DNA from: the human T2T-CHM13v2.0 reference genome, Homo sapiens
Reading direction: 5' to 3' (one strand)
DNA: 64,000 nucleotides
NCBI RefSeq assembly: GCF_009914755.1
Contig: NC_060935.1
Part shown: piece after piece, positions 1 to 39,784 of the stretch
Position numbering within the stretch: position 1 is the first letter of the stretch
Layout of the letters: every line of letters begins with the position of its first letter
Notes under the pieces: generated by a model
Seen by the model: the letters and a program-made list of their open reading frames with translations, nothing else
What the model was told of the DNA's origin: nothing
Database searches by the model: none
Position numbers and translations under genes: made by a program

Positions 1-59
1 CATGCGTCGATGGCAGCCTAAGACCACTCTCTCAGAAATATCATAATGTTGATAGCACA

Positions 60-850
60 TATGTAGTAAAGTACTCAAGTCTAAAGTCTACCACCCAGTG
101 AATTTTTGCACATATAAACACCTATGTAACCAATGTCGAAAACAAGATCCAGAAGTTTTCCAATGTTCCAGAAGACTCCACTGTGTTCCTTCCAATAACT
201 AACTGCCCCCCCCCAATGGTAACCACTATTCTGACTTCTATCACTATAGATTAACCTTGCCTTTTAAACTGTATATAAGTGAAATCGTACTTTTTGTGAC
301 TATTTTCTTCCCTTCATCATTATGTCCATGGAATTCATCCATGTCATTGCACTGAGAATGTTTATTCTTGTCTATTGCTGAATTATATTCTATTATATGA
401 AAATACCAGTTTATCCACTCTACCAGTGACTGACGTTTGGGTTTTTCCAATGTTTAGCTATTACTAATGAAGCGACTATAAACTTTCACACACAGGTTTT
501 TTGCTGGACATTTGTACTCATTTCTCTTGGCTCTATCCTGGAGCAGAATTGCTGGGTCAGAGAATCATAAAATAGTTGTACGTTTAGCATTAGTGGATTC
601 AGCCAAACCATTTTCCAAAGTATTTGTACCACTTTACACTCCCACCAACAAGGTCTGAGAGGTCTTGTTGCTCCACATCATCATCAACACAGTATTATTA
701 GTCTTTTAAATTTTAGCCATTTAGTATTTATGTAGAGAAATTTTATTGTGGTTTGAATTTGCATTTGCCTGATAAGTAATGATATTAAGCATTGTTTGGT
801 ACTTATTGGCCAGTTGAGTATTCCTTTTTGTAAGATGTCTATTCAGAGTT
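60..850 (-). mobile_element. Old L1 (L1M-type) 3' fragment
   Basis: Antisense L1 motifs: gaattgctgggtca, actttacactcccaccaaca, ttgcatttgcctgat. Confidence 0.7.
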
Positions 851-1209
851 TTTACAGAAATATAGTATCTGTAAACATAGACAAATTATTGACAAAAACA
901 GATAGTAGAGCAGAATCATCTTGAGGAATTCAGCAATTTACACAAAAACCAGCAGCCAGTTGCTTCTACAATTGCTAACCAGTTGCTACTAGTTAAGTAA
1001 ACTAATAAGTAAACTAATTGAAACAGATCAAACAGGTGCATGACTGAATGTTTCCTGTTGAACCAGGTATTTGGATAACACAGAGACCCCCAACGTAGAC
1101 TCAGGGAGAAGGGAATGTAGACAAGACCCAAGAACCTCCCGTAGGCTGCTAGCCCCAGCCTGAGAGGCTCCCTGCCTCAACTCACTGACTGTTTTTCCTT
1201 CAATTACAG

Positions 1210-24321
<23,112 letters not shown>

Positions 24322-24837
24322 TGCTGCTGCCCCTTTGCAGTGCTGGCAGCCGCTTCCTTCCTGCCCTGCCCACCTGGGGATCCCCCAAAGTCAGACACAG
24401 AGCAAGAGTCCCCTTGGGTACACCCCTCTGCCCACAGCCTCAGCATTTCTTGGAGCAGCAAAGGGCCTCAATTCCTGTAAGAGACCCTCGCAGCCCAGAG
24501 GCGCCCAGAGGAAGTCAGCAGCCCTAGCTCGGCCACACTTGGTGCTCCCAGCATCCCAGGGAGAGACACAGCCCACTGAACAAGGTCTCAGGGGTATTGC
24601 TAAGCCAAGAAGGAACTTTCCCACACTACTGAATGGAAGCAGGCTGTCTTGTAAAAGCCCAGATCACTGTGGGCTGGAGAGGAGAAGGAAAGGGTCTGCG
24701 CCAGCCCTGTCCGTCTTCACCCATCCCCAAGCCTACTAGAGCAAGAAACCAGTTGTAATATAAAATGCACTGCCCTACTGTTGGTATGACTACCGTTACC
24801 TACTGTTGTCATTGTTATTACAGCTATGGCCACTATT

Positions 24838-24843
24838 ATTAAA
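24838..24843 (+). terminator. Proximal TMPRSS4 polyadenylation signal (ATTAAA)
   Basis: ATTAAA ~520 nt after the stop codon. Further candidate hexamers: AATAAA at 25564 and 26217, ATTAAA at 28274. Confidence 0.65.
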
Positions 24844-26254
24844 GAGCTGTGTAACATCTCTGGCATAGGCTAGCTGGAATGCTTGATAAGAACTGAGCTG
24901 GGATGATTGAACTTTCATTCTTTGGCTTGGGGAGAAAAAAAGTCCTGGGGAAGCAATTGAGTCTCAAAGTAGAGGCAGGGGAAAAAAGAGTTAGGGAGAC
25001 CAGATCTGCTGAGTGGCAGCAAGAGTGAGCTGCAGATTACAGAAACCAGGGTGAGCAAGTTTGAGTCCCACACAGGGCCTTCTCCCTTTGCCTCTTTCCC
25101 TCCCTCCCTGCCTGTGATAATCAGCCAGGACCAGGGATAACCTATGACTTGGGAAAGAGATGAGTTAGGCAGTCAAGGGTGACATTCAATCAGGGATCCA
25201 CAAGTGGCTGGAAAGAAATGCTGGTCCTGTGTCCTAACTTTTTCCACCTGGAGAGCCCTCAGTGTGGCTTCTTACATTTAAAAAACAAAAAGGATCAGCT
25301 GCCAGGTGTGAGGCAGTCCCCAAGCTGAGTTGTGAGGATGTAAGCATGAATAAGTCCCTGCACTCAAAATGGTCAAAGAATTAAACCCCATGGACTTTTT
25401 TGGCATCTGTATGAAAGCTTGGGTTTTCTGAGGACTGTCTTGCTATAGTTAAGTCAGATCCTAGATGAAATATACTTGTTCATACTGTACTAGGTTCTTA
25501 GGAAACAACAGAATTCCTCAAATGCCTAAAACAAAGAAAATAGAAACCCAGAAAACAAAACAAAATAAAACAAAACCATCAGAACTGTGAGTGGAAACTA
25601 AGGTGATGATCTGGGAGCAATACACTAAAATCTTGTGTCGAGACCTATATGAAGGCTGGCAGTGGAGCTAAACCTGGACATGCTGAAGACAAGGGAGCTG
25701 AACCAGGGCTCCTACATGAAGCAGGGATAACTGATGGCAGTAAATGTGGTCTCAAATTGCAGATGGTCTGGAGGAAAATTTCCCAAATTTAGAGCCTCAG
25801 GATTCCCAAAGATCCTCCAAATATGAGCTCACAATCAAAGATCAGAGACGTTGAAAAATAAAAAACACCTTAAGTGGGCAGCATAAAAAACAGCTAATTT
25901 AGAACCCCAAAGGCTTCAGATGTCAGAATATTAGAGACTTATGATAATAAGCAATATTTGCAGAGTATTTGTATGTGCCAGACACTATTGTAAGTGCTTC
26001 ATCATGTACTGATTCATTTAATACTCACAGAAATCTGTGAGATGGGTATTATTCTTATCCTCACTCTATGGATTAAAAAAACTAAGGCACAAAGGGGTTA
26101 AGCTCCTTGCCTGAGATTATAGACTGTAAGTTGAACGTGAGCACTTGGAATACAGAGTTCATGCTGTAAACTACCACACTATAGGGCCTCCAATATGATA
26201 ATTTATAAAATATTTGAATAAAAAATGAATACTAGTTCCACATTCTAAAATCAT

Positions 26255-26890
26255 GTTTAACTGTGGTCAAATGCACATAACACAAGTTGCCATCTTCACC
26301 ATTTTTAGGTGTATAGTTCAGTGGTGTTATGTACATTCACACTATTGTGCAGTCATCACCACCATCCATCTCCAGAACAGAAACTCAGTACCCATCAAAC
26401 AACTCTCCATTTCCCCCTCCTCCCAATCTCTGGCAACCACCATTGTGCTTTCAGTCTCTGTGAACTGGATTACTCTGGGTACCTCATTTAAGTGAAGTCA
26501 TGCAGTATTGGTCTTTTTGTACTTGTTTTATTTCACTTCACATTGTGTCTTCAAGTTTCACCCATGTTGTAGCATGTGTCAGAATTTCTTCCCTTTTTAG
26601 ACTAAATAATATTCTATTGTTTATACGAACATTCAGGTTACTTCTATCTTTTGGCTATTGTGAATTATGCTGCTGTGAACATGGGTGTACAAGTATCTCT
26701 TTGAGGCCCTGCTTTCAATTCTCTTAGGTATATTCCCAGAAGTGGAATTGCTGGATCATATGGTAATTCTATTTTGAATTTTTTGAGGAACTGATATATT
26801 GCTTTCCATAGAGACTGCACCATTTTACATTCCCATCAACAGTTTGCAGGAGTTACTATTTCTCCATATCCCCCCTAACACTTGCTATTT
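26255..26890 (-). mobile_element. Old L1 (L1MA/MB-type) 3' fragment
   Basis: ggtatattcccagaagtggaattgctggatcatatggtaattctatt; acattcccatcaacag. Confidence 0.85.
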
Positions 26891-26899
26891 TCTGTTAAA

Positions 26900-29000
<2,101 letters not shown>

Positions 29001-29169
29001 AGAGGAAAAGTTAGCACTATTCTGCTTTGCCATAGAAATCTACTTCCAGGTAACAGGGTGGCTCCAGGTGGTGAGGGAAAGTATAGCTAATCAATATAGA
29101 TGAATGATAGGAAGCCATCATTGGCAATTTCTAATGAAATCATTGATTCAGGCAAGGATCATCAATGGA

Positions 29170-29531
29170 TGCTATTGTCTGAATGCTTGTGTCCCCCAAA
29201 ATTTGTATGTTAAATCCTAACCCCCAAGGTGATGGTAGTAAGAGGTGGGACTTTGGGGGCTGATTAGGTCAGGAGAGCTCCCTGTTCATGAATGGGATTA
29301 GTGCCCCTTACAAAAGAGGCTTGAAGGAGCCTCTTTGCCCCTTCTGCCATGTGAGGACATAGCAACAAGATACTATCTATGGAAGCAGAGAATGAGCCCT
29401 CACCAGACACCGAATCTGCTGGCAACCTTGATCTTGGACCTCCCAGTCTCCAGAACTGTGAGCAATAAATTTCTGTTGTTTATAAATTACCCAGTCTAAG
29501 GTATTTAGAGCAGCATGAATGGACTAAGACC
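29170..29531 (+). mobile_element. Solo ERVL-MaLR LTR (MLT1A/MST-like)
   Basis: TGCTATTGTCTGAATG start; gccatgtgaggac, cagaactgtgagc-AATAAA-tttctgttgtttataaattacccagtct; GGACTAAGAC end. Confidence 0.85.
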
Positions 29532-29816
29532 ACAGAGAACTGCACAGTCACATAATACCCTCATATCATCCCACGGATCCCTTGCTAATCTCAATAAGAA
29601 ACCTAACTTCAAAATGAAGGGATCAGGCTATCATCACCTTACCCACTAACAGTGGAATCAGCAGATACTATGTTCCTCCCAACGTGAATATGAAGTACAC
29701 CTTCATGTTGCATCATCTAAAGGCATCTTCCCAAAAATGTTTAACATAAATCTTTTAGATCTAATTTCCAGTGTACAGGAAATACAAGAATTAGAGGAAC
29801 AAAACATAAGAATTAG

Positions 29817-30224
<408 letters not shown>

Positions 30225-30505
30225 AATTACTGTTATGTCTTAAGAGGCATAACAATCAAATGTAAGGCATGGGCTTTGACCAGATCCTGAGTTGAACAAA
30301 TTAGCAACAAAAGGCATTTGGGCAAAGGGGTAATTGGGAAATGTGAATATGATCTCAGTATTAGATGATAATAAGGAATTGTTAATTTCATTATGTGTGA
30401 CAATGATATAGTTAAGTAAGAAAGATATTCTTAACTTTTAGAGATGCATACAGAAGTATTTGGGGTAAAATGATGCAAAGTTGTAATTAAAAATACTTCA
30501 GGAGG

Positions 30506-30850
<345 letters not shown>

Positions 30851-31399
30851 TTAAAGCAGATATGGTAAAATGTCAATGAGTGTGAAATCTAGGGAATAGA
30901 TTTTTATTATTCTTTTTACTTTTCTGTATATTTGAAAATTTTCTCAATTTTTTTAAAACTTATATAAACACAATATAAAATAGACTCGAAAGCTGATAGA
31001 ACTATAAGGAGAAATTGACAAATCCACCATCTTATGAAGTGGAAGATTAAGCACACTTCTCTCAATTATTGATATGTCGAGCAGGTGAATAGTAAAGAAT
31101 GGAAGATTAAACAATACCATTTACATGCCTGATAAATAGACATATACTATCCATACTTAGCAAAAAAGCATTCTTCTCAAGCACTTTTGTGAAAATTGAC
31201 TACATACTAGTCCAAGAAGTAATATCAACAAATTTCAAAAGTAACGTGAGCACCAGGCCTAGCTTTGCTCCCTTCAATTTCCGCTCAGCCTCCCCAGCAT
31301 CCCCCATCTTCCCGCCTCTAGGCTTTAGTCACTTGCCCGCTTACTTCTTTGAATGGGCCCAGCTCTGGCCCCTTCCATTCCCGCAGTTGTAAAGCTCTG

Positions 31400-31951
31400 G
31401 CCACTGCCACCACCTCCTCTCCTAACACTACCACTGGTCTTCCCCTGCCCTGGGCCAGGACCAGAGCTGGGCTTTGGGTTGGGTGGCCTTCGTTGCATGC
31501 ACCACGGTGACAGCCACAGCAGCCCCAGCTCTCAGACTGGCTGACTGCACCCAGAGAGCTCTGACTTCCCCAGGGCTTCCGGGAAAGGCTGAGTAACAAA
31601 ACATGGAAATGATTGTCTGTGGGGTAAATGTTGAATAATGGAAGATGGGAGACAGGAAGGAGCCAGCAGATAAATGGCTTCTCCTTCTTCCCTAGGATAG
31701 AACTATTCAGAGAAGCTGTAACTCCCCAGGGACAGGTCTTGTGATTCAGCAACCAGCTGTACCGCTGATGGAGCTACGGTCAGCTCGGCACACACATCGC
31801 CTGATCACCTGTGTTTGCTTTCTCTCATTCCCTGCCTTACAGCCCCTGTCCCCCTTATGCCCATTTCCCTGGGATTGAACCCCCAAATAAAGTGTTAAGA
31901 TATGAATTTAATGTAGAAAACTTAAGTTTTCTGAGAAACCTGGGCTAAGAC
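31400..31951 (+). mobile_element. ERVL LTR relic (LTR16-like)
   Basis: gggagacaggaaggagccagcagataaat, CCCAAATAAA and terminal GAAACCTGGGCTAAGAC resemble LTR16-family 3' ends; 5' boundary uncertain. Confidence 0.6.
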
Positions 31952-32039
31952 TATCAAACAGATGTAGCTCTTTGATTATAATGTTATTAAGTTCTAAGGC
32001 AATAGCAAACAATAATTTTGTTTGTTTGCTTGTTTTTTA

Positions 32040-32314
<275 letters not shown>

Positions 32315-32460
32315 CGCAAACAATAATTTTTAAAATATAAAATACATACATGCTTTAAAAAAAAACTTCTAAATTATTCATAGGTCAAAGGAGAAATCAT
32401 AAACAAAAATGTACCTAACTAGAATGATAATGAAAAAAATATATATTATATACATATGCA

Positions 32461-32461
<1 letters not shown>

Positions 32462-32497
<36 letters not shown>
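32462..32497 (+). repeat. (CA)n microsatellite
   Basis: Directly visible; other CA/TG runs at ~11492, 33302-33328, 55294 and 57533. Confidence 0.95.
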
Positions 32498-32499
<2 letters not shown>

Positions 32500-33081
32500 G
32501 TACATTCATGGAATGTCTCAGTGTGACATTTAGCAGCTAACCTTGAAATGCTTGTGCTCTTTCCTGATCTGGACTTGGACTGAGATGCACCTACCTTTGC
32601 ACGTTACACTCAGAGCACAAGTGATTCTGCTGGGGAGGTCAAGAGGGAACCAGGAAGTTATGACTTGACTAACATGGCAAATCCTCACTGTCTTTGGAAG
32701 GGAGGATGTGGAGAGGAGGATGATGGGTAGAGAAGATCCTCCCCTTTTTCACAAGGAAGGAAGAAGACTAAATCCTAGAGAGGTGAGGCCCGAAAACAGA
32801 GCATGGGCCTGGTTCTCCCAACTGTGGCCCAGAGCTGCCTCCACAAGAAGGTGCCCCCACCCTCACCTGCAAGCCATTACAGGACCATGATGGAGGGTGA
32901 GTGCAAACCTTGGCCAGGTGCTGGAGCAGGAAGTAAAGAAAACTCCAGCCCCAGCCCGTTAGTGTTTAGGGGCAAGCAGAGCAAAGACTTTTCATACAAA
33001 GTGGGAAAGAACTGCAATAGAGGCATGTGTCACTGCAGCAAACAGGCGCATACCCATTCCAGGGAGGTGTTTCCAGCTAGA

Positions 33082-33157
33082 GGGCTCAGCACATACAAAG
33101 GAACAAGTACCAAGAAGCTGGGTTCGGCACGTACAAAGGAACAAGTACCAAGAAGCC
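33082..33157 (+). repeat. 38-bp tandem duplication (2 copies, 4 mismatches)
   Basis: GGGYTCRGCACRTACAAAGGAACAAGTACCAAGAAGCY twice. Confidence 0.9.
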
Positions 33158-33389
33158 CTATGTCCAGAGAACAGGGAGAGTTTAGTGTGGGAGAGAAAAA
33201 CAGAAAGGGAATTTGAAAGGAGCGATGTGGGAGCACGCTGTAGTGAAGAGAAAAAAATCTGGGCATTAGAGGCAGGGAGACTGACTCAAAATGGTGGGCC
33301 CGTGTGTGTGTGTGTGTGTGTGTGTGTGTTGATTACAAATGTATTGCATAGTTATAAAAATTCAAACAATACTAAAGGTTTAAAAAGTT

Positions 33390-33672
33390 AGACGGGGCAT
33401 GGTGGCACTTTGGGAGGCTGAGGCAGGCGGATGGCCTAAGCGCGGGAGTTTGAGACCAGCCTAAGCGACGTGGTGAAACCCCATCTCTACTAAAAATATG
33501 AAAATTAGCCTGGTGTGGTGGCATGTACCTGTAGTCCCAACTACTCAAGAGGCTGAGGTAGAAGGATCGCTTGGACCCAGGAGATCAAGGCTGCAATGAG
33601 CCAAGCTTGCACCACTGCAGTCCAACCTGGGCAACAGAGCAAGACCTCGTATCAAAAAAAAAAAAAAAAAAG
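33390..33672 (+). mobile_element. Alu (AluJ-like)
   Basis: Sense Alu with a short 5' internal deletion and poly-A. Confidence 0.9.
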
Positions 33673-34063
33673 AAGATATCCAAGAGTCCATGGGGGCCGG
33701 AACAATAGGGCCTTCTGGGCTGCTATGAGGACTGAATAAGATAGACACTCGTTCTGAGCAAGAAAGAGTGACATCATCTCATTGTAATTTTTTTAAAGTG
33801 TAATTTACATACAGTAAAATTCATTTTTAGTGTAGAATTCTGCCAATTTTGACAAATGTACACAAGTAAGCAACTACCACCATAGCTCCATCACCCACAA
33901 AAAGCCTCGCTTGCCCTTTATAGCCAACCCGTCCCCAACCTATAGCGCCTTACAACCACTGTTTTGTTTGCTGTCCCTATTGTTTGCTGTCCCTATAGTT
34001 TGCTTTTTCCAGAATGTAATATAAATGGAACCATATAGTAAGTATCTTTTTGTTTGTTTTTGA

Positions 34064-34555
<492 letters not shown>

Positions 34556-36506
34556 CCAACACTTAATATTTTTTTTAGAGCAGTTTTAGTTTCACAGCAA
34601 AACTGAGCAGAAGGTAAAGAGATTTCATATATACTCCCTGCCTCCACACATGCAGGAGTGTCCCTCATTATCATCAACACCCCCACCAGAGTGGTACATG
34701 GGTCACAGATGATAACGCAGGTACCTTTCTGAGTCTGAATTATTTCACCTAGCATACTGCATTTGAGATTCATCCAGTGCTTTCACTTAGCATACTGCAT
34801 TTGAGAATCCCATAGTGCATGGGATTTTGTGGAATATTCCATTGTATTGTATGGCTAGACACAGTTTGTTTTATCTACTCACCAGTCAGAGATTTAGGTT
34901 ATTTATTTGTTTTGGCAATGGCAAAACCTCTAGAAGCAACTCTGTACGGGTTTTTCAGTGAACATAAATTTTCATGAATTTCTTCTGACAAGAATGCAGT
35001 AACAAAAAATGCAATTACTTTCCCATCTGAAACAACTAAAACGCTGGGGGGAAAATGCACGAAATGGCTTTCAGACACAGGGCATCAGGCAGCACAGGTC
35101 AGTGATTCCTGAGAGCGGAGAACCAAATGAGGGAGCCCTCCAATTGCTACAGCACCAGGAAAGGGGACTCGGGCAGAGTCTGGCAACCTCTCAGAATCAA
35201 GGAGATGGAGTCAGGAGTCCTGTGGATAGGGCTCACTGGGCAGTATCTCAGAGAAGAGACAGCTTCACAGAGACAGCGCTCCAGAGATCTGCAAACGGTC
35301 CCCGTGAGCCTTCAGCTGCTGATCCAGGCACACCCGAGGCTGAGAAAGAACCACCAGAAAAGATTAGAGGAAGCAATCCCCGGAGCTCATGCAGGGCGAA
35401 GAGTAGTTCACATTACAGCCAACTAAAATGGCAAAACTTCCTAATTCATGAGAGATGAGGAAGAGTATTCAAAGGGCATTGCCTCAGTAGTGGGGTGAGG
35501 TCAGCCCTGGATTAAAGGCTGCCCTATGTGAGCTCCAGGGATTTTCCTTCCTCATCCTTTCTAGAGGCTCCTTCCCTTGCCTTAGGTAGTTTCCTCACAC
35601 AACTGCACTATCAGCGCTCAGCTGAAAACTTGGGAGGACCCTCCAAGGTTCTCTGGTCCTGCAAACTCTTACTATCCTAACCTCCCCCCAGATTCTTGGC
35701 ACCTCTCCACAACTCAGAGAGAATGCTAGGCTTAGCCTGGGGCCCTCTCCCCAGCCTTCCAGGCACTACAGCCTACAAACGATCTCCAGGCAGTAAACTG
35801 GAGCAACAGTAAAGCTCATCTCCTGCGTTTCTCCCTCTCAGGAATGACAATTCTCTGCTGCCTATTGTCCAGGGTCTGAAAACCATTGTATCATAGGTGC
35901 TTTCCAATTTTTTTAGTTGTTTGAGGTGCAAGGGTAAATGGTCCCTATGCCTCCACCTTGGCCAGAGCTAGAGATGACATCATCTAATCCTGTTTTAAAA
36001 GAACCACCCTGGAAATTAGATTAAAGAGGACCAAGGGTAAAAGCAGGAAGACCAGTGAGAAAGCTACTGCAATAATCCAGGGGAGAGCCAGGGCGGCCTG
36101 GGCAAGGACTGTAGGGATGGTGGTAGCGAGAGGTAGTTGAGGTGATGATATATTTTGAACATAAGAGTTAATGGGATTTGCTGACAAAAAGGTTTCAGGT
36201 CGGAGACAAAATAAGGAGTCATGGTAGACTCCAAAATTTTTGGCCTGATGACTGGATGAATGAGGAAACGTGGGGAGGAGCAGATTTGGGGTCAGATTGA
36301 GGTGAAATCATGAGTTTGGTTTTGGGCAGTTGACATAACCAAGTCTGCCAGGAAGTCAGGAAGGGCTGGTCACTCGCCTCCCAGCCCTCACCCACTCAGC
36401 TGACAGCCCCTCCTGACCAGGAACAGGAGGGTGTGAGCTCAGTGCTGGCCACACCTGGGTTTTCCTCCCGTAATGCTGGCTCAGCTTACAAACTACTTAA
36501 CATTTA

Positions 36507-36887
<381 letters not shown>

Positions 36888-39126
36888 TCATCATCCCCAT
36901 TTTGCAGGTTAGGGAACTAAGGCTTGGAGAGATGAAGTGGCTTTCCCAAGGCCGTTTCACTGGTAGGTAACAGAGTGAGAACTTGAACCCAGATTCCTGG
37001 ATTCTAAGTCCAGGATTGTTCTTTTCTATATCTGCTTGCAGGCCATGGAAGGGGACCCTACATCTTTCCTGTTAGCACTGCGGGTGGCTTTGTTTAAGCA
37101 ATGAGCTATGAGAGAATATCTCCCCTCCTGCTGTGTGCGCTCTACTGCTACAGTGTGCACAGGTCCAATTAGAATGCCAGTGGAAGGGCTGGCCATCTGC
37201 CTGAGGGAGTGGGAGCCCTGGAGCTCCTGAATTGGGAGGGTCTTCATCTTTCTCCGGCTTCAACCTTAAGTCTGCTCTCCAAATGACTTGATAACACCAT
37301 AGGAACCAAAGATTGTAAAGCAAAGTCTCTCCATGTCTTGCTCTGCCCCCTCTGCAGATTTTCCTGCATTCATTTCCCCTTGGCACCCTTTCCCCTGTCT
37401 TGGTGCCAGAGGTGTGACCTGACCTGTCTTAAGGCCAATCATTCTATCTGGCCACTGGATCCTATCCCCTTGGGTCCACCCAAATGACACTTTCTTTCCT
37501 CTCTCTCAACTACTGCAGGCTGTCTGGCTCCACTGTCTCTTCCTCAGGTGCATTTAACTTGTTTTTATTTCTTCCATCTTTAAAAGAAAACCATCTACCC
37601 TCCTTCCTTACCAGGGCCAATGCCTGTCACAGCTAAGTTAACTGAAATTGTAACCTATGCACCAGGGCCATTTTCCGCCTCCCACTGACTCTTCCACATA
37701 CTGGAATCAAGCTTCTGCCATCTCCCCCTATCTGGCTGACCCATTTCACTTCGCTGGGTTCACTGAGGTCACCAATGACCAAGGGGCAAGGATTGATCCT
37801 TAACTTAGCAATGGTCACCCTGTTCTTAACACTGTTTCTATATTGGCCTCAAAGACATCACTCTGCCTTGCCCTTGGGTGCTTCCTCGTCAGTCCCCTTC
37901 TTGGCCTCCTTTTCCTCCAATTAGCCCCTGAATGTCAGAGACCAGCATTCCCCCTTCCCGTGATCTAGATGAGCCACCTTCCCCACAATCTGAGAGATTT
38001 CTTACTCCTAAGGTCCAGACTTCTTTTTGGTAACTGTCTACCACTTTGGAGCAGATGCACCTGTGCTATTGCCTCCTCTGTTAGGAGGCATGGATACCCC
38101 CCAGCCTCCTGGAAAGCTGAACATAGGGAGTTAAAGGGTTGTTCTCCACCGGGAGTCAATCGACCCAATCTGGGGGTTGCAGAATGCAAGGGAGGGAGGA
38201 GAGTTGGCCAAAGACAGGATTTAGAAGGAAATTAGGCCCAAAGGCCCAAAGGCCAAAAGACCAAAGCGTCTATCAAAAGAAATCTTTTCTGTTCCTTTAA
38301 TGCAAAGGCCTAGCCCTTGGGGTCAGCAAAGCTCCCCTCTCTCTTATGAAAGCAACAGAGAAGACGACATGCTTGGAGAGGAAGGGGAGGAAAGTGCAAC
38401 CAGCTTCTTTCCTAACACCAATGCGGGGGAGTAGAAGGTAATTCCCAGCTTTTGTACCAAGGCCCTTCTGAAAGGTTCCCTAAGCACATGTGTTCACTTT
38501 CACCTTTATTTTTAGGTGTACAGACCTCCTAAAGTCAATCTGATCTGCGTACCTGCCACCAGCCCAAATTAAGGACCCTTAATTTGTGTGTATGTTAGTC
38601 CCCATTGAGTCAGCATGGGGCTGGCATGGAGCTTAACAGGGAGTGACCCTATATCCAGGTTTGCCCAGGACAGTCCCAGTTCCTAATGTGGTTTTGAGAC
38701 ATTGGGCCATCTGTCAGTTATAATGGCTATTGGGTGGGGAAAGGAAGTAGGGATGAAACAGAGCAATGACAGAGACCTAATCAGACCTGGGGACTGATCC
38801 TTACAGGGGTAACTGCAAGTTCAATGCATAGCATCCCAAGTGTTCTAAACCCAGGCTTGCCCCAGGAAACCCCAATATCCAACCGGTGTATTGCAGATGG
38901 GAAGGTAGCAGGAGGTCCCAGGCAACAGGAAGTACCTGAAGACAGGAAAGTGGCTGCGTGGGGAACCCGGGTGGTGAATCCATTCAGGGCAGAAGTGCAG
39001 CGCACAGTCTCTATAGCTGAGGGCTGGAGGAAGCAGAGCTGGCAGGGACATCTGCCGAAACTGATTCTGCGTACCTGGAGTCCTTGACGGAGAAGAGAGG
39101 GTCTTTCAACAAGCTCTTCTGAGTAC

Positions 39127-39210
39127 TGAGGTACTGAGTACCTCACACTGAAATACTGAGTACCTCACACTGAAGTACTGAGTACCTCACACTGAAATGC
39201 AGTGTGAGGT
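39127..39210. repeat. 22-bp x3 tandem repeat with flanking inverted segments
   Basis: TACTGAGTACCTCACACTGAAR at 39132, 39154 and 39176. Confidence 0.9.
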
Positions 39211-39778
39211 GAATCCATTGAAGAGAGGAATACGGTATGGTAAGAAATTGTGGTATGAGAAAGTCCAAGAATATAAGCAAACACCTACACGTTGGTACAT
39301 ATCCCCAGTTCCTTCCCAGGCACTGGCCTTATGCCCAGCACCCGGAAACTCTTTGGAAGGTAGGCGTTCATGTGAAGCGGATTTTACCTGGACCTAACTA
39401 ACCCGGGGAAGGGAAGGAGAGAGTGAGCCTGGGGGAGGAGCTGTTGTGATATTTGTGGTGCCAGGGTCACGACCAAGGTCATCCATACCAGGAGGGCCCT
39501 GGCAATGATTCCAGTATTAAAGAGCCACGTTGCCAACTTCTCCAGAGAAGGTATAGGAATGAAAACGACCCAAACACCTGTGAATGTGCCAGATGTTCTT
39601 AGGCAGTTTGCCTGTGTTATTTCACCTAGGCAGGTAACATTTTAGACACAAACAGATTGAGGCTCAGAGAAGGTAAAGAAACTTGTCCTAAGCACAGCTG
39701 GCAAGAAATAAAACTGGAACCCAACTCCCAACCAGTCAAAAATGGAAGCCCCCAAATCCCAAATTATTAAACATAATT

Positions 39779-39784
39779 TTTATT
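39779..39784 (-). terminator. SCN4B polyadenylation signal AATAAA, defining a ~3.6 kb 3'UTR (~39760-43412)
   Basis: TTTATT on + strand; the downstream minus-strand sequence is U/GU-rich (TTTGGGATTTGGGG). Confidence 0.75.

Noticed and set aside
31322-31392. Other acceptor-like AGs at 31321 and 31386 upstream of the LTR exon candidate
   Set aside because: Possible but not distinguishable from cryptic sites. The 31386 site gives only Leu-stop, and neither ends next to the AATAAA as the 31696 frame does.
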